A stretch of 37,778 bases of DNA from Octopus bimaculoides (GCF_001194135.2 NC_068984.1:74100270-74138047); one strand, 5' to 3'. Positions 22,899 to 34,868 are shown, counted from the first letter of the stretch. Numbers and translations are program-made. The notes: generated by a model not told the origin, from the sequence alone.

Positions 22899-23242
22899 TA
22901 TTGTTTTGAGCTGGGAGTGGGTGCTAGATGCCCTTGTTCGAAAATATAAGGACACAGATCGTGTCGTATAGCCAGCTGGGGACGATGTCTACTAGGCCTA
23001 AATTACAGCAACATTTATCCTAAACCAGGACTGGCATGTTATGTTGGCAAACAGTCTTTACTCCAAAGTACTGTGGCTGAATATCTCTCGTTGTGAGATT
23101 TTAAAATAGTAGTATGATTTTATATTAATATCTATACTAAAAAATGTATTTTGAGCGTGTATTCATATCATACTATTTCAGCCCTACTTTTGATTGTTCA
23201 GCGTTCTTTAACTCTTGCAAGAAAATATATTGATATACAATT

Positions 23243-23276
<34 letters not shown>

Positions 23277-23470
23277 TGTATGTATGTATGTATGTATGCA
23301 TACATGTATGTACGTACGTACGTATGTCTGCATGTATGAATGTATGTATGTATATAATGTATGATTGTATGTTTGTATGCATGTATGTATGTATATATGT
23401 ACGTATGTATGTATGTATGTGTGTGCAAATATATATATATATACATATATATACACATGCATACACACAA

Positions 23471-23505
<35 letters not shown>

Positions 23506-23855
23506 AGATATATGATTATATAAATGCACATATATTTATATATTTATTAAACCAAAAGTTGACAATCCACTCTTAATGTTTCGACTTTGGGATGTGTGTG
23601 TGCGTGTATGTACATAGATAAATATATAAATACGTATATATGCATGTATATTATATGTTATATACCTATATACACATTTGAGTTTTTGTATATATAATAT
23701 ACATATATATAAATGCATCTATATATACGTGTATATACATATATATATATATATATATCCTTGCTAATTTATATATATATATATAAATTCACACACACCC
23801 ACACCTAACTATATATAAATACATGTGTGTGTATGTGTTCGAGTGTATGTTTTAA

Positions 23856-23889
<34 letters not shown>

Positions 23890-24687
23890 CGTATATATTT
23901 ATGTGTAGGTGTGTATCGGTGTATTTCTTTTCTATTTTCGCAATAGCACTCAGGCGTGTCTTTGAACACACGCCGAAGTGTGTCCTCCTGGACAAAAAAA
24001 TTGAAAAAATGTTTTGTTTCGCTTTTATGTATTTGTGTTTGTGTGTGCCTGTGTGTGCGTGCGCGTGTATGTACCCGCGCGCACTTCGGTGCGATGTGAC
24101 ACACTAAGAAAAAAAAAAAAAAAAAANNNNNNNNNNNNNNNNNNNNNNNNNNNNNNNNNNNNNNNNNNNNNNNNNNNNNNNNNNNNNNNNNNNNNNNNNN
24201 NNNNNNNNNNNNNNNNNNNNNNNNNNNNNNNNNNNNNNNNNNNNNNNNNNNNNNNNNNNNNNNNNNNNNNNNNNNNNNNNNNNNNNNNNNNNNNNNNNNN
24301 NNNNNNNNNNNNNNNNNNNNNNNNNNNNNNNNNNNNNNNNNNNNNNNNNNNNNNNNNNNNNNNNNNNNNNNNNNNNNNNNNNNNNNNNNNNNNNNNNNNN
24401 NNNNNNNNNNNNNNNNNNNNNNNCCATCATCACCTATACCACCATCATGGACAACAACATCTGTAAGAAAAAGAACGACAGTCAAACCATAAAAAAACAA
24501 GGACAATAGCAAAGCAACAACGACCATTAAAGAAAGAACATGAATAAAAACAACAAAAGAAGTGAAGCCCTGACGGGCAACAGAGGAGTAAACCACAGAT
24601 CTCGTCTTGCTAGAAACCGCAACCAAAAATCTCCTTCACATTACTTCTTACCGTTGTTCAAATAAAATAAATGATAAACGTATGACG

Positions 24688-25102
24688 TATTGGATAATCT
24701 TTAGTACGCCGGGGAAAAATACTCGGTGGCATTTCGTTCGTCTTTACGATCTGAGTTCAAATTCCGCCGAGGTTGACTCTGTCTTTCATCCCTTTCAAGA
24801 GTCGATTAAATAGGTACCATTTGAGCGCTAGGTTCGATATAATCGGCTTAGCCCCGCCCCACGAAATTTTTGGTCTAGTGTTATAATCGGAAGCCAATTT
24901 ATTATGCTAGCAGAATCGTTAGTACACCGGGCAAAATGCTTGGCAGAATTTCTTCAGTCTGAGCTCCAATTCCGCCCAGGTCGACTTTGCCTTTCACCCT
25001 TTCAAGGTCGATAAAATATGTACCAGGTGAGCACTGAGGTCGATGTAATCTATTTACGCTGACCTCCTTCGAAATCACTGGCCTTGTGCCAAAATTTGAA
25101 AT
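24688..25102 (+). mobile_element. Two tandem SINE family A copies
   Basis: tctgagttcaaattccgccgaggttgac and ccgcccaggtcgactttgcctttcaccc cores. Confidence 0.85.
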
Positions 25103-25134
25103 TTATATATTATGCATTTTATCATTTTTATATC

Positions 25135-25662
25135 TTTCCTCTTGTTCCAATAAAAAGACTGCAGCCATGCAGGGGCACCGCCAACTTCAAGGATTTAGTT
25201 GAGCAAATCGACAACAATATTTTTTTTCTTTTAAACCTGGTAGTTATTTTATCAGTCTGCTTTGCATAACTGTTAGTGCATGGGGATCATAAACAAACCA
25301 ACACAGGTTCTCAAACGCATAGTCACGCGTGCGCACACGCGCACACATACAGGCTCACACACACACAGACACACATACGACTGACGTCTTTCAGTTTCCA
25401 CGTATCAAATCCACTCACAAGCCTTCGGTTGGCATTGTGCTATCTTAGAATATATTTGGGTAAGGTTCCACAGTGGAACTGAACCTATGACTAAGCAGTT
25501 TGGAAGGAAGTTTCTCAACCTTTCAATCCCGCCTAAGCATAAAACCACGCCTAAGGTGCCATGCAGTGAGGCTGAACCCGAAACCATGTCGTTGGGGAGC
25601 AAGCTTCTTACCACACGGCCACTTCTACATCTATAGCCATGCATTCACCGATAGCCACTCCT
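25135..25662 (-). mobile_element. SINE family C, composite with duplicated heads
   Basis: An old diverged copy (25135-25548) plus an 87-bp segment (25549-25635) identical to 17909-17995, plus a residual head at ~25645-25662. Confidence 0.8.
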
Positions 25663-25717
25663 CCGCTGAAATATAATATATCTCATATATTATAGATATA
25701 TTGTAAGATGTATAATA

Positions 25718-25904
25718 TATTCTTTTCTACTCTAGGCACAAGGCCCGAAATTTTGGGGGAGAGGGACGGTCGATTAGATCGACCCTCAGTACGCAACTGG
25801 TACTTAATTTATCGACCCCGATAGGACGAAAGGCAAATTCAACCTCGGCAGAATTTGAACTCAGAACGTAAAGACAGACGAAATGCTGCTAAGCTTTTCG
25901 CCCG
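25718..25904 (-). mobile_element. SINE family A, well preserved
   Basis: tcttttctactctaggcacaaggcccgaaatttt..gtacgcaactggtacttaatttatcgacccc is the reverse complement of the 34349 copy. Confidence 0.92.
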
Positions 25905-26204
25905 CAATCTTTTCGACCGCAAGTGATTGTGGTTGACAAGAGACTGCAGATGGAACCTTTCTGCAGGTTAAGACTAATTCAGTTCCCGTTGTTCCATTCA
26001 GGCAAAGTATACAGGGTAAGAGACGAAACGCTTGTGAAGCTGAGATCCCAGCTGGATACACGGAAGTGTTATCAAAATTGCGATAGCTTTAATCACTACC
26101 AGGAGAAGAGCTTGTAATGCCTTTAAGTGGTTAATGTCATTCCTGCGTAGGGTACAGCATCTCTGATATTCACGTCACTCATATCTAATATATTAGAGAA
26201 CATA

Positions 26205-26482
26205 GGGTGACGAGGTGACAGAAACGTTAGCACGCCGGGCGAAATGCTTAGCAGTATTTCGTTTGCCTACGTTCTGATTTCAAATTCCGCTAAAGTTGAA
26301 TTTGCCTTTCATCCTTTTGGGGTCGATAAATTAAATACCAGTTTCGTATTGGAGTCGATCTAATTGACTGGCCCCCTCTCCCAAAATTTCAACCGTTGTG
26401 CCTATAGTAGAAAAGAATCGTCAGCACGCCGGGCAAACTACTTAGCAGCATTTCGTTGTCTTTACTTTCTGAGTTCAAATTT
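26205..26482 (+). mobile_element. SINE family A, one full and one partial copy
   Basis: gaaacgttagcacgccgggcgaaatgcttagc head; second head at ~26418. Confidence 0.9.
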
Positions 26483-26515
26483 AACAATAAACACTGAACG
26501 TAATCACAGCAAGAA

Positions 26516-27735
26516 TATTGATTTCAGATTTTAGCACTAGGCCTGAAATTTTGGATAGGAGTGTAAGTCGATTACATCGATTCCCAGTGTTCAACTAGTA
26601 CTTATTTTACCGACCCTGAAAGGATGAACGACAAAGTCGACGTCGGCGGAATCTGAACACAGAACGTAAAGACGGACGAAATGTTGCTAAACATTTTGCC
26701 CGGAGGCGTTAGCAATTCTGCCACCCCCCCCCACCCCCGCCTTAAATCACAGTAAGAATATTGGTTTCAAATTTTGTCACAAGGCCAGCAATTTAGGGGG
26801 ACGGTTAAATCGATTACATCAACCCCAGTGATTAACTAGTAGTTATTTTATCAACCCCGAAAGGATTTCATCACAGAAACAATATTGCCATCAATTTTAT
26901 AGGCTGAACCACATCGTTTGGACGACAGACTGCATCCCATGAACTTACTGGATCAGAACTCAACGGGCGTTCTATGACAAGTCTAAGTCGCGAGCCTTAA
27001 GGCTGTTACTCTATCAAGGACATGACTAAGTTAGTTATAGGTCTGAATCCACAAAAGTAGCATGGCTCAATAACAACTCTTTTTGATTTGGGCACAAACC
27101 TAGCAGTTTTCAGGGGATGGGGTTAGTGAATTACGTCGACCCCAGTGCACAGATGATACTTATTTCATTGAATCGTCAAAGGATGAAACGCAAAGTTGAT
27201 TACGGTGGAGTTTGAACCCAGAACGTAAAGATAGACGAAACACCGCGAAGCACTTTGTCCAATTCTGCTAGCTCACCGCTTTAGCAACAACTATTATACT
27301 ACTCAATCTTATTATAGGCAAAAAGCTTGAAATTTTGGAGTATGGGTTAGCCGATTACACTGATCCCCCAGTACCTGACTGGTACTTATTTTATCGACCT
27401 CGAAGGATGAAAGGCAAAATTGACCCCGGTGGAAACAATGTAAAGACAAAATGCTTAGCGGCATTTTGTCCGGCGGGCTAACAATTCTGCCTGCTCGGCG
27501 CCTTAACAACAACAATAATAATGATTTCAAATTTTGGAACAAGTCCAGTTATTTCGGGTGAGGTTTGAAGTCGGTTACATCATCTCCAGTGTTCAACTGG
27601 TATTTATTTCATGGACCTAGAAAATATAAAAGGCGAAGTTGATCTCGGCAGAATTTGAACTCAGAACGTAAAAAAGGACGAAATGCCGCTAAAGATTTTG
27701 TTCGGAGTCTTAATGGTTCTACCAACTCGTCGCGT
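26516..27735 (-). mobile_element. Cluster of five SINE family A copies (one partial)
   Basis: Copies at ~26516-26742, 26757-26866, 27085-27280, 27310-27504 and 27520-27735. Confidence 0.85.
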
Positions 27736-28862
27736 TAAGCATCTCTGCTAGTATGTAATATAATGTTTTATTTGACAGGATAAAAGGTTTAAATAAGTGA
27801 GCGTAATTAAGCGGCTAATCACAGAGCATACAATAAAATCTATTAATACATATATACCCAGCATAGCAGAGAAGGCTATCTTAGCTTTAGCTCATGCAAT
27901 GAAAGAACTTGAATAATAACTAGACTAACATAATTTCAATTCTTCATAGAAACCTTTACGTCCTAGCATATCTTTGTACCATATATTCTCATTCAGAGCC
28001 ATTCAAAATATTATCATAAAATAGACATGAGACAAAGCGTGCTTAAATAACGTCTTGTTTCGTGCGGTTTCTCCAATAGAATAAAAGAACGAAATACTCA
28101 GAATAGTAAATTGAAAACATAAAATTGGTCGGTTTCTAGGTTTCTGGATTATTCATTACCTACAAGCAATTTATTATCATTACTTATTGCATATTCTCAG
28201 ATGACAACAAGTACACGCAGCTTGCAGAAAATTATTTTTGTGACACTCCCTCTCTCTTCTCTTTTTCTCTCTCTTTCTCTGTGTTCACACACACACACAC
28301 ACACACTCTCTCTCTCTCTCTCTCTCTCTCTCGCTTTCTCTCTCTCTTTCCCTCTCTCCCTCTCTCTCTCTCTATCTCTCGCTTTCTCTCTCTCTTTCCC
28401 TCTCTTCCTCTCTCGCTTCCCCGCCCTTACACACGCACGCTCGTATATATACAATATGTATAAATTCAGGCAACTCCATCGTTGTCAAGAAACGGTCGAG
28501 TTGGTAAGGTAATTACTAATAGATAAAAATGTTGCTTCACATCTAGATGATAGGTGTTTGATGGCGTTGCCTTTTGTGCAAATACAGTCTACCACGATGT
28601 CAAATTTATCAAAGTACCCAAAACAAAAAGAATTATAGTGAAAATGTATAGAGTGATAGTGACTAAATTTATCTCTTAAAATCCTTTTTGGGACTATAGT
28701 GTAGGAGCATCACTGAACCCCATTGCTACTTCATAGTAATCAACCGCAAATATTGCGTATAACGTTTCACATGAAATCATTTAGGTGCAACACTGTTGAA
28801 AGCAGATTGCTACTGAAACAAGTGTAACTAATAATGATGATGTGCCAAATTCTTTCTACACA

Positions 28863-29600
28863 TACAGGGTGTACGGACAACATTTGATGTATTTTGTTTC
28901 TTACTTTCGGAACAGCTTGATGTAATGGTGAACAGTCCACGGCGTTGGAGAGCATAAAGTTTGAATCTGTAGTTGAGAAAATTTTAGCTGACATGGAGGA
29001 ATGGAAGACATTTAGATAATAGAAAAAGTTTTACTTGTATCACGATGATTCGCTCCGGATATCAAAATACCGACATCATCACTGCTGTTCAATGCTCTGT
29101 TAACACTGTAAAGGCTGTAAAGTGGGACGTGGACAGCTGCAGCTGAGACTACGAGACTGCGGCTTGCAGGAGGAGACACTGCACGCATTCTCACTGCGTC
29201 TGCTTGACGGTATTCATTTAATAACTAGAGCACAAGATGATAGGAGATCCGAGCAAAGGAATACAGGCTTTGGCGAGAGAGATTGGTGTTGGAGCTGACA
29301 CCATAGATCTGACTCGAAACGAGAACTTTCGCAACCACTCGTACAAGAGGCGCAAGGAATAAATTATGACAGCCAACACGAAGGAGAACCGCTTAACGGA
29401 TGAAAAAAAGTTCCTGCACTAGCCGAGGCATCCTGTTGTAGTGGGGATGACTTAGTTCCCCTCAAATAAAAAGTGATTCTGCCAGAACTTGTTACACAAC
29501 AACCAGAACAACAGGTAGCTTGCCTACAATCCATGTAATGTCCCACGTATCGTGAAAACGAAGTTACCCCAAAATTGCGATGTTTTATATTGAACACTCA
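28863..29600 (+). pseudogene. Decayed Tc1/mariner transposon, maT (DD37D)-like
   Basis: TA|CAGGGTGT terminus at 28863. Decayed translation MIRSGYQNTDII..GDPSKGIQALAREIGV..HSYKRRK..NLLHNNQNNR.LAYNPCNVPRIVKTKLP resembles the HN.QNDR..VP.V.KTKFP motif. The 3' part is missing. Confidence 0.7.
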
Positions 29601-29846
29601 ATATTTCATCTACATTCAATACTTTCTTTCATGGTGCCATCCATTTTTATTTTATTTTATTTTATATTATATATTGTACATTATATTATATATTGTATAT
29701 TCCATATTCTATACCCCACATTGGTTCTGCAGGAATATAAATAAAACATAAAAAACAGACAGTGTTGGAACACTTTTAAACAAAATAATATATTCCTCTA
29801 TACACAATCATACAAAAAAACCACCTTTTTTGTATTTATTTTTACT

Positions 29847-29886
<40 letters not shown>

Positions 29887-30530
29887 GAGAGAGAAAGGGG
29901 GGGTTTACTGAAATTATGAGTCCAATTGTAGGCGTTTTGGTTCGTTCGAGAATACGGCAACATATACTCCTAACTTTTAATCATATCCACCCAGCACTTA
30001 TTGTATCCGTCTCTTTTCATCGATTCGCTAAGGAAACCGCTGACAAAAATGGATGCTAGTCGATGCATCGTCCTACACTGGCATACAAATATACACCCAC
30101 AAAAATAAACACAGATATCTATATGCATGTAAGTATGTATATCTGTTTGCATATATACGTGTGTATATATCTCTGTATCTGTGTGTATGCATATACGTGT
30201 GTACACACGCATGTATGTACATGTGTGTGTGTGAGTGTATGTGTGTATGTATACATACGCACGCACAAACGTACATGCGTATATATGTATGTACATAGAT
30301 GCATGTGTGAGTATGTATATATATCTTTCTTTATACATGAGAGAGCGAGAGAGAGAGAGAGAGAAAGAGGGAGAATGGCTGAAAAAGATGTACATATAGT
30401 GTGTCAAGTGTGTCGAGACTTATCAAGGATATTAGCTCTTATTGATTTCCGTTTATGATAACGCGTGCTTATGCACGCGCACTCGCACTCTCTGATAAAC
30501 ATACAAAAAACAAAAATACAATCACTCGTG

Positions 30531-30564
<34 letters not shown>

Positions 30565-30580
30565 TGCACACACACACACG

Positions 30581-30618
<38 letters not shown>

Positions 30619-30689
30619 AACAAGAAGCTGGAAAAAAACCGGCTTTAATTACAAATTACATTTGTTTCTGTGTCGTTCCACCAGCTTTA

Positions 30690-31842
30690 CGTTGCCAAGG
30701 AAGCAAACCTTTTGTAACAGTTCTACTGGGCGCTCTATTCCAATTTCCTTTATATTCCCCTTGATGCCTTCTGACACGGTTTCCAAGGACCCAACAATAA
30801 TTCGCACTATCTTCACCTTCATTTCCATAGCCGTACTATTTCGTACTTAAGAGGGTTCTATCTATTTATCTTTGAGCCTTCTTTCTTGACTGTTCGTGGG
30901 TCAAAGGGGCATACAACATCAACTATATAGCATATGTGGTGCACCTTGTCCACCACCACTAGGTCTGGTCTGTTATGCTCTTGCACCTGATCTGTTTGGA
31001 TTGGGAAATCCCAGAGGATTTCGCTAGTCTCCGACCCCTCCACTCTCTGCAGTTTGTGCTCATACCACCTCTTGCCTCTCTAGTCCCCACTCGCCGCAAA
31101 GTTTCCAATGTAGCACTTTTGCTACGCGATCGTGTCGCTACAACTTGTAGTGTTTTTGGGCAAGTCTAGGGCATCCGTTCCTGATATGGGCAATGGTTTC
31201 AACTACTCTATTGCAGATGCGGCTCAGCAGAGATACTTGCTCATTCCTAAGATTGACGCTCCAGTTCTTGGCCAAAGCTTGGTCTTGCGCTACCAGTATA
31301 GTGATCTCGGTCTCTTTTTTTAATATTCCTTTCATCAGTCAACCCCACCTATTTTTTCCAGCATCTTCTGTTGTGGCTACATGGAAATGATTGCGTAATC
31401 TCTTCTTGCATAATTCTTCTTCATGTCTTTTTTGTACTTCTTCCTTTGTTTTCCCTTTTGTCTCTGCTCTCAATACTCTCTCGGTCCTAAATGTCACTAG
31501 CAAGGTTTTCTTCCTTTGGACTAGGTATCTCATTAAGCTCTCGAGTGCGATACGCATGCAATCTTCCACACTCATCTCTCCCCTTCCTCCATTTGCCCTC
31601 TTCATGTATAGGCAATTAGTGCCTTCACGTGGATGATGGGCTCCATGCATCGTTAGAAGTTTCTTGACTTCCTATCCATCTCTTTTAGCTACTCCTCTCT
31701 CCACTCCAGAATAGCTTTAGGTCGTCCATGAATAGCAAGTCCTTCAGTTTTCCCTTACCTCTTCCTAAATCATACCCTAATTTTGTTTTCTGTAGTATTT
31801 CACTCAAGGGGATCATTCTCAGCACAAATAACAGTAGGGACA
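30690..31842 (-). pseudogene. R4/Dong-clade (RLE-type) non-LTR retrotransposon, truncated and internally deleted
   Basis: RT motif LLFMDDLKLF (FMDD at 31721-31732); MHGAHHP..LY.KR..GGRG; zinc-knuckle remnant RICNRVVETIAHIRNGC; RHD; ILWDFPIQTD; NRPDLVVVDK..IVDVVCPFD (restriction-like endonuclease). Confidence 0.9.
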
Positions 31843-31940
31843 TCCTTTCGGGGTCGATAAACTAAGTACCAGTTGAGCACTGGGGTCGATGTAACCGACT
31901 TACCCACTTCACCGAACTTGCTGACTTTTTGTCGAAATTA
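31843..31940 (+). mobile_element. SINE family A, 3' half, followed by (ATT)n 31944-32004
   Basis: catcctttcggggtcgataaactaagtaccagttgagcactggggtcgatg. Confidence 0.85.
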
Positions 31941-32012
31941 TCATTATTATTATTATTATTACTATTATTATTATTATTATTATCATTATTATTATTATTA
32001 TTATAGTGATAA

Positions 32013-32300
32013 TGTGAGGTTGCATGGCTTACTGGTTAGGGTATTACACGCACGATCTACCGATCGTAATTTCATTTCCAAGACCGGGTGATGCATTGTA
32101 TTCTTGAGCAAAACTCTTCATCTCACGTTGCTCTGCGATCACTTCGACACCTGACGCGTGGCACACAGGGCACCTGTTCAGTCAACGTCGATTTCATGAA
32201 GAGAGTGATCTAATGTGTAGCACGAACATTTGATCGCTATAAACAAATCATTCGCGCAAGTCGTTCGGCAAATGCTGAAGTCCCATACTATCTCGTAATG
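32013..32300 (+). mobile_element. SINE family B variant
   Basis: Aligns with 14773-15050. Confidence 0.8.
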
Positions 32301-32549
32301 TCAATAATTACTGCATAGTGTGTGTTTGCATAAATATCTGACTTTATTTATATAGCACCTAAGGCGGTGTACAGTCACTGAGAAATCTTGACGTCAAGTG
32401 AGATAACTCATGATAAATATTTCATATTCTCTTATGTAGTGAATGTTAGTGTTTAAGTATATGCTCCTCTATTTACTCTTTGTATGCATGTATGTATGTA
32501 TATATATATGTATGCATGTATGTATGTATGTATGTATGTATGTATTCAC

Positions 32550-32650
32550 AAGTACAACTTTATCAAGAGGAATATGAAAACAAGGAGAAAGGGCAGTTTA
32601 GCTTGGGATACCTTTCATCAGCTATGGCGGTCAGAATCCTCATAGTTTCT
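32550..32650 (+). pseudogene. Possible RTE LINE RT fragment
   Basis: KTRRKGSLAWDTFHQLWRS resembles the DIK.RK..AW..F..L..IW.S motif; short and diverged. Confidence 0.35.
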
Positions 32651-32703
32651 GCACACATAGATTTATCTATCTATCAGTATATATATACATATATAAAAAT
32701 TCG

Positions 32704-32750
<47 letters not shown>

Positions 32751-33104
32751 ACAAACACAGATTCATACATATACGAGTGAACATAGGCTAGAGAGTAACA
32801 CCAAACACATTAGTTGGAGCTGCATATATTTAATAGCAGATTGACTCGCCTTCACATTGCTTAAAATTTCGTGAACGTGAATTGTATATGAGCTATCATA
32901 TTATTGTCAAAAGAAGCACACCCTTCTAAAGAATTTGAAAGCATAGGTTGCTGATCACGCGGATATACAATCGCAAGGCCTAGCTAAGAATATATATCCG
33001 GGTTATCAGTGATACAGTTGCGTGATTTAGAATGCCTACTGCACGCATGCGGCCCCCTGCCCACACACTTACATGTATATCAATGTATATATGTATACAA
33101 GGAC

Positions 33105-33245
33105 CTTCTTTCTGTTACCATTTATCAAATTCACTCTCAAGGCTTTGATCGGTCCATGGCTATAGTAGAAGACACTTACCCATGATGCCAGGTAATGGAA
33201 CTGAACCTGGAACCATGTGGGTGGGAAGCAAACTTCTAAACACAC
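33105..33245 (-). mobile_element. SINE family C, 5' part
   Basis: ggctatagtagaagacactt..gaactgaacctggaaccatgtgg..aagcaaac. Confidence 0.8.
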
Positions 33246-33658
33246 ACACACACACACAAATACACACTCAGACCTGCACACACGCCCTCACACACATATA
33301 TTACATACATACATACAGATGACTTTTCGTCTGCTTCGTTGATGATGATATAGTTGTTCGATCGACTGAATTACCATGTTTGTGACTGAAGATTCCTCTG
33401 GTATGTATACCTTTAATGCAGTTCTCAGGTGGAATGAATACGATACAGTGGATGACAAAGCTGTGCATTTTGAGTTAGAGGTTCAATCCATCTGCTGGAC
33501 TTTTGTATTGTTTCCGTGTAAATCATTTGAATCATGCTGTATAGGTCAATCCGAAGCCATAGAAAATGATATTTGTCAACGACACTACACAGTGGGATCG
33601 AAATCGGTATCTTGCAATTGGAAAGGTAACAATTTAGCCATTCGGCCATTCTGCTCTT

Positions 33659-33779
33659 GTACATACATACATACATACATACATACATACATACATACAT
33701 GCATACATACATACATACATACATACATACATACATGCATACATACATACATACATACATACATACATACATACATACA
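33659..33779. repeat. (CATA)n microsatellite
   Basis: Read directly. Confidence 0.95.
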
Positions 33780-33834
33780 CACATAGTTGAGCCACTATAC
33801 CTTTTTCTATTTTCTCTTCCTGTTTATTTCTGTG

Positions 33835-33950
33835 TTCCTTTCTGTCGAAGAGCGTAGGCTTGAAACGTAAAAGACTTTCTCACTTCCCGAGAGTTAAACT
33901 AATACATCTGTTTGTTGTTTACACACCCGTTTTCATCTTTCGTGCTTTTT
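33835..33950 (+). mobile_element. Penelope-like pseudo-LTR fragment with degenerate hammerhead motif
   Basis: CTTT-CTGTCGA-A-GAGC-GTAG-GCTT-GAA-ACGT-A-AAAG (33838-33873): hammerhead topology, but the core A6 reads T. Confidence 0.45.
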
Positions 33951-33992
33951 TTTTTTTTTTGTAATTTTCACTACATACATACATACATACAA

Positions 33993-34200
33993 ACGAGGGC
34001 TTGCTGAAAGTTCCTGGCTTTAAGGGTATCGCGAAAGGTTTGGCTGGAGGTCCAACATTCCGAGTACTTTTATAGGGCTTAGAAAAACTGAAGTATCGCT
34101 ATGTGAATCTGAGAGGGGAATATGTTGAATAAAATTATAATTAACTGATTCTCCTGTATCTTCTTTTTCCCAAGCCAGGAACTTTTCAGCTCGCCTTCGT
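33993..34200. mobile_element. Mariner-derived MITE
   Basis: ~28-bp imperfect TIRs acgagggcttgctgaaagttcctggctt / aagccaggaacttttcagctcgccttcgt; internal transposase C-terminal remnant EKLKYR..NLRGEYVE*. Confidence 0.8.
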
Positions 34201-34348
34201 ACATACATACATATATACATACGTACATACATACATACGTGCATACATACACGTATACATGCATTAGTTTTCGCATACATACAAAAATGTGAATATATCT
34301 GCTGTGCGTGTGAAGTGTATGTGCACACATTATTATATATATGAATAC

Positions 34349-34752
34349 GGCGGCGAGCTGGTAGAAACGTTAGCACGCCAGGCGAAATACTAAGCGGTAT
34401 TTCGTCTGTGTTTACGTTCTGAGTTCAAATTCCGCTGAGGTCGACTTTGCCTTTCATCCTTTCGAGGTCGATAAATTAAGTACCAGTTGCGTACTGGGGT
34501 CGATCTAATCGACTGCCCCCCCTCCCCACAAATTTTGGGCCTTGTGCCTAGAGTAGAAAAGATTATTATATATAGGCGGCGAACTGGCAGAATCGTTAGC
34601 AGGCCGGGCAAAATTCTTAACAGCATTTCGTCCATCCTGACGTCCTTTCGGTGTCGATAAAAAAAAGCACAAGTTGAGTACTGAGGTCGATGTATTTGAT
34701 TTATACCCTTCCCACGAATTTGCTGGCTTTGTGTCAAAATTCGAAATCATTA
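34349..34752 (+). mobile_element. Two tandem SINE family A copies (34349-34568 is the best-preserved)
   Basis: ggcggcgagctggtagaaacgttagc (A-box-like), gagttcaaattcc (B-box-like), full core and tail. Confidence 0.93.
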
Positions 34753-34868
34753 TTTCATATCTGAATATTCTTGTATATTTTAAACTATTTATTGAATGTT
34801 TTATGATTATATGGTTCACACTACTCTGACTGGACTGATGTCAATTCAACATCATGTGTTTGAACGTT

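Noticed and set aside
32600-32632. CTGATGA on the minus strand as another hammerhead
   Set aside because: No convincing stem II, GAAA or stem I; the + strand is better explained as an RTE fragment.
33376-33660. Complex-looking ORF MFVTEDSSGMYTFNAVLRW
   Set aside because: No recognised motif; its 3' part is a SINE head on the opposite strand, followed by (CATA)n.
3014-33857. Many [16 protein letters not shown]/polyN/polyI ORFs
   Set aside because: Translations of (TATG)n, (TA)n, (CA)n and (AAT)n microsatellites.
34349-34440. tRNA-like A/B boxes here and in other SINE heads
   Set aside because: No cloverleaf can be formed; the boxes run into SINE bodies, so these are not tRNA genes.
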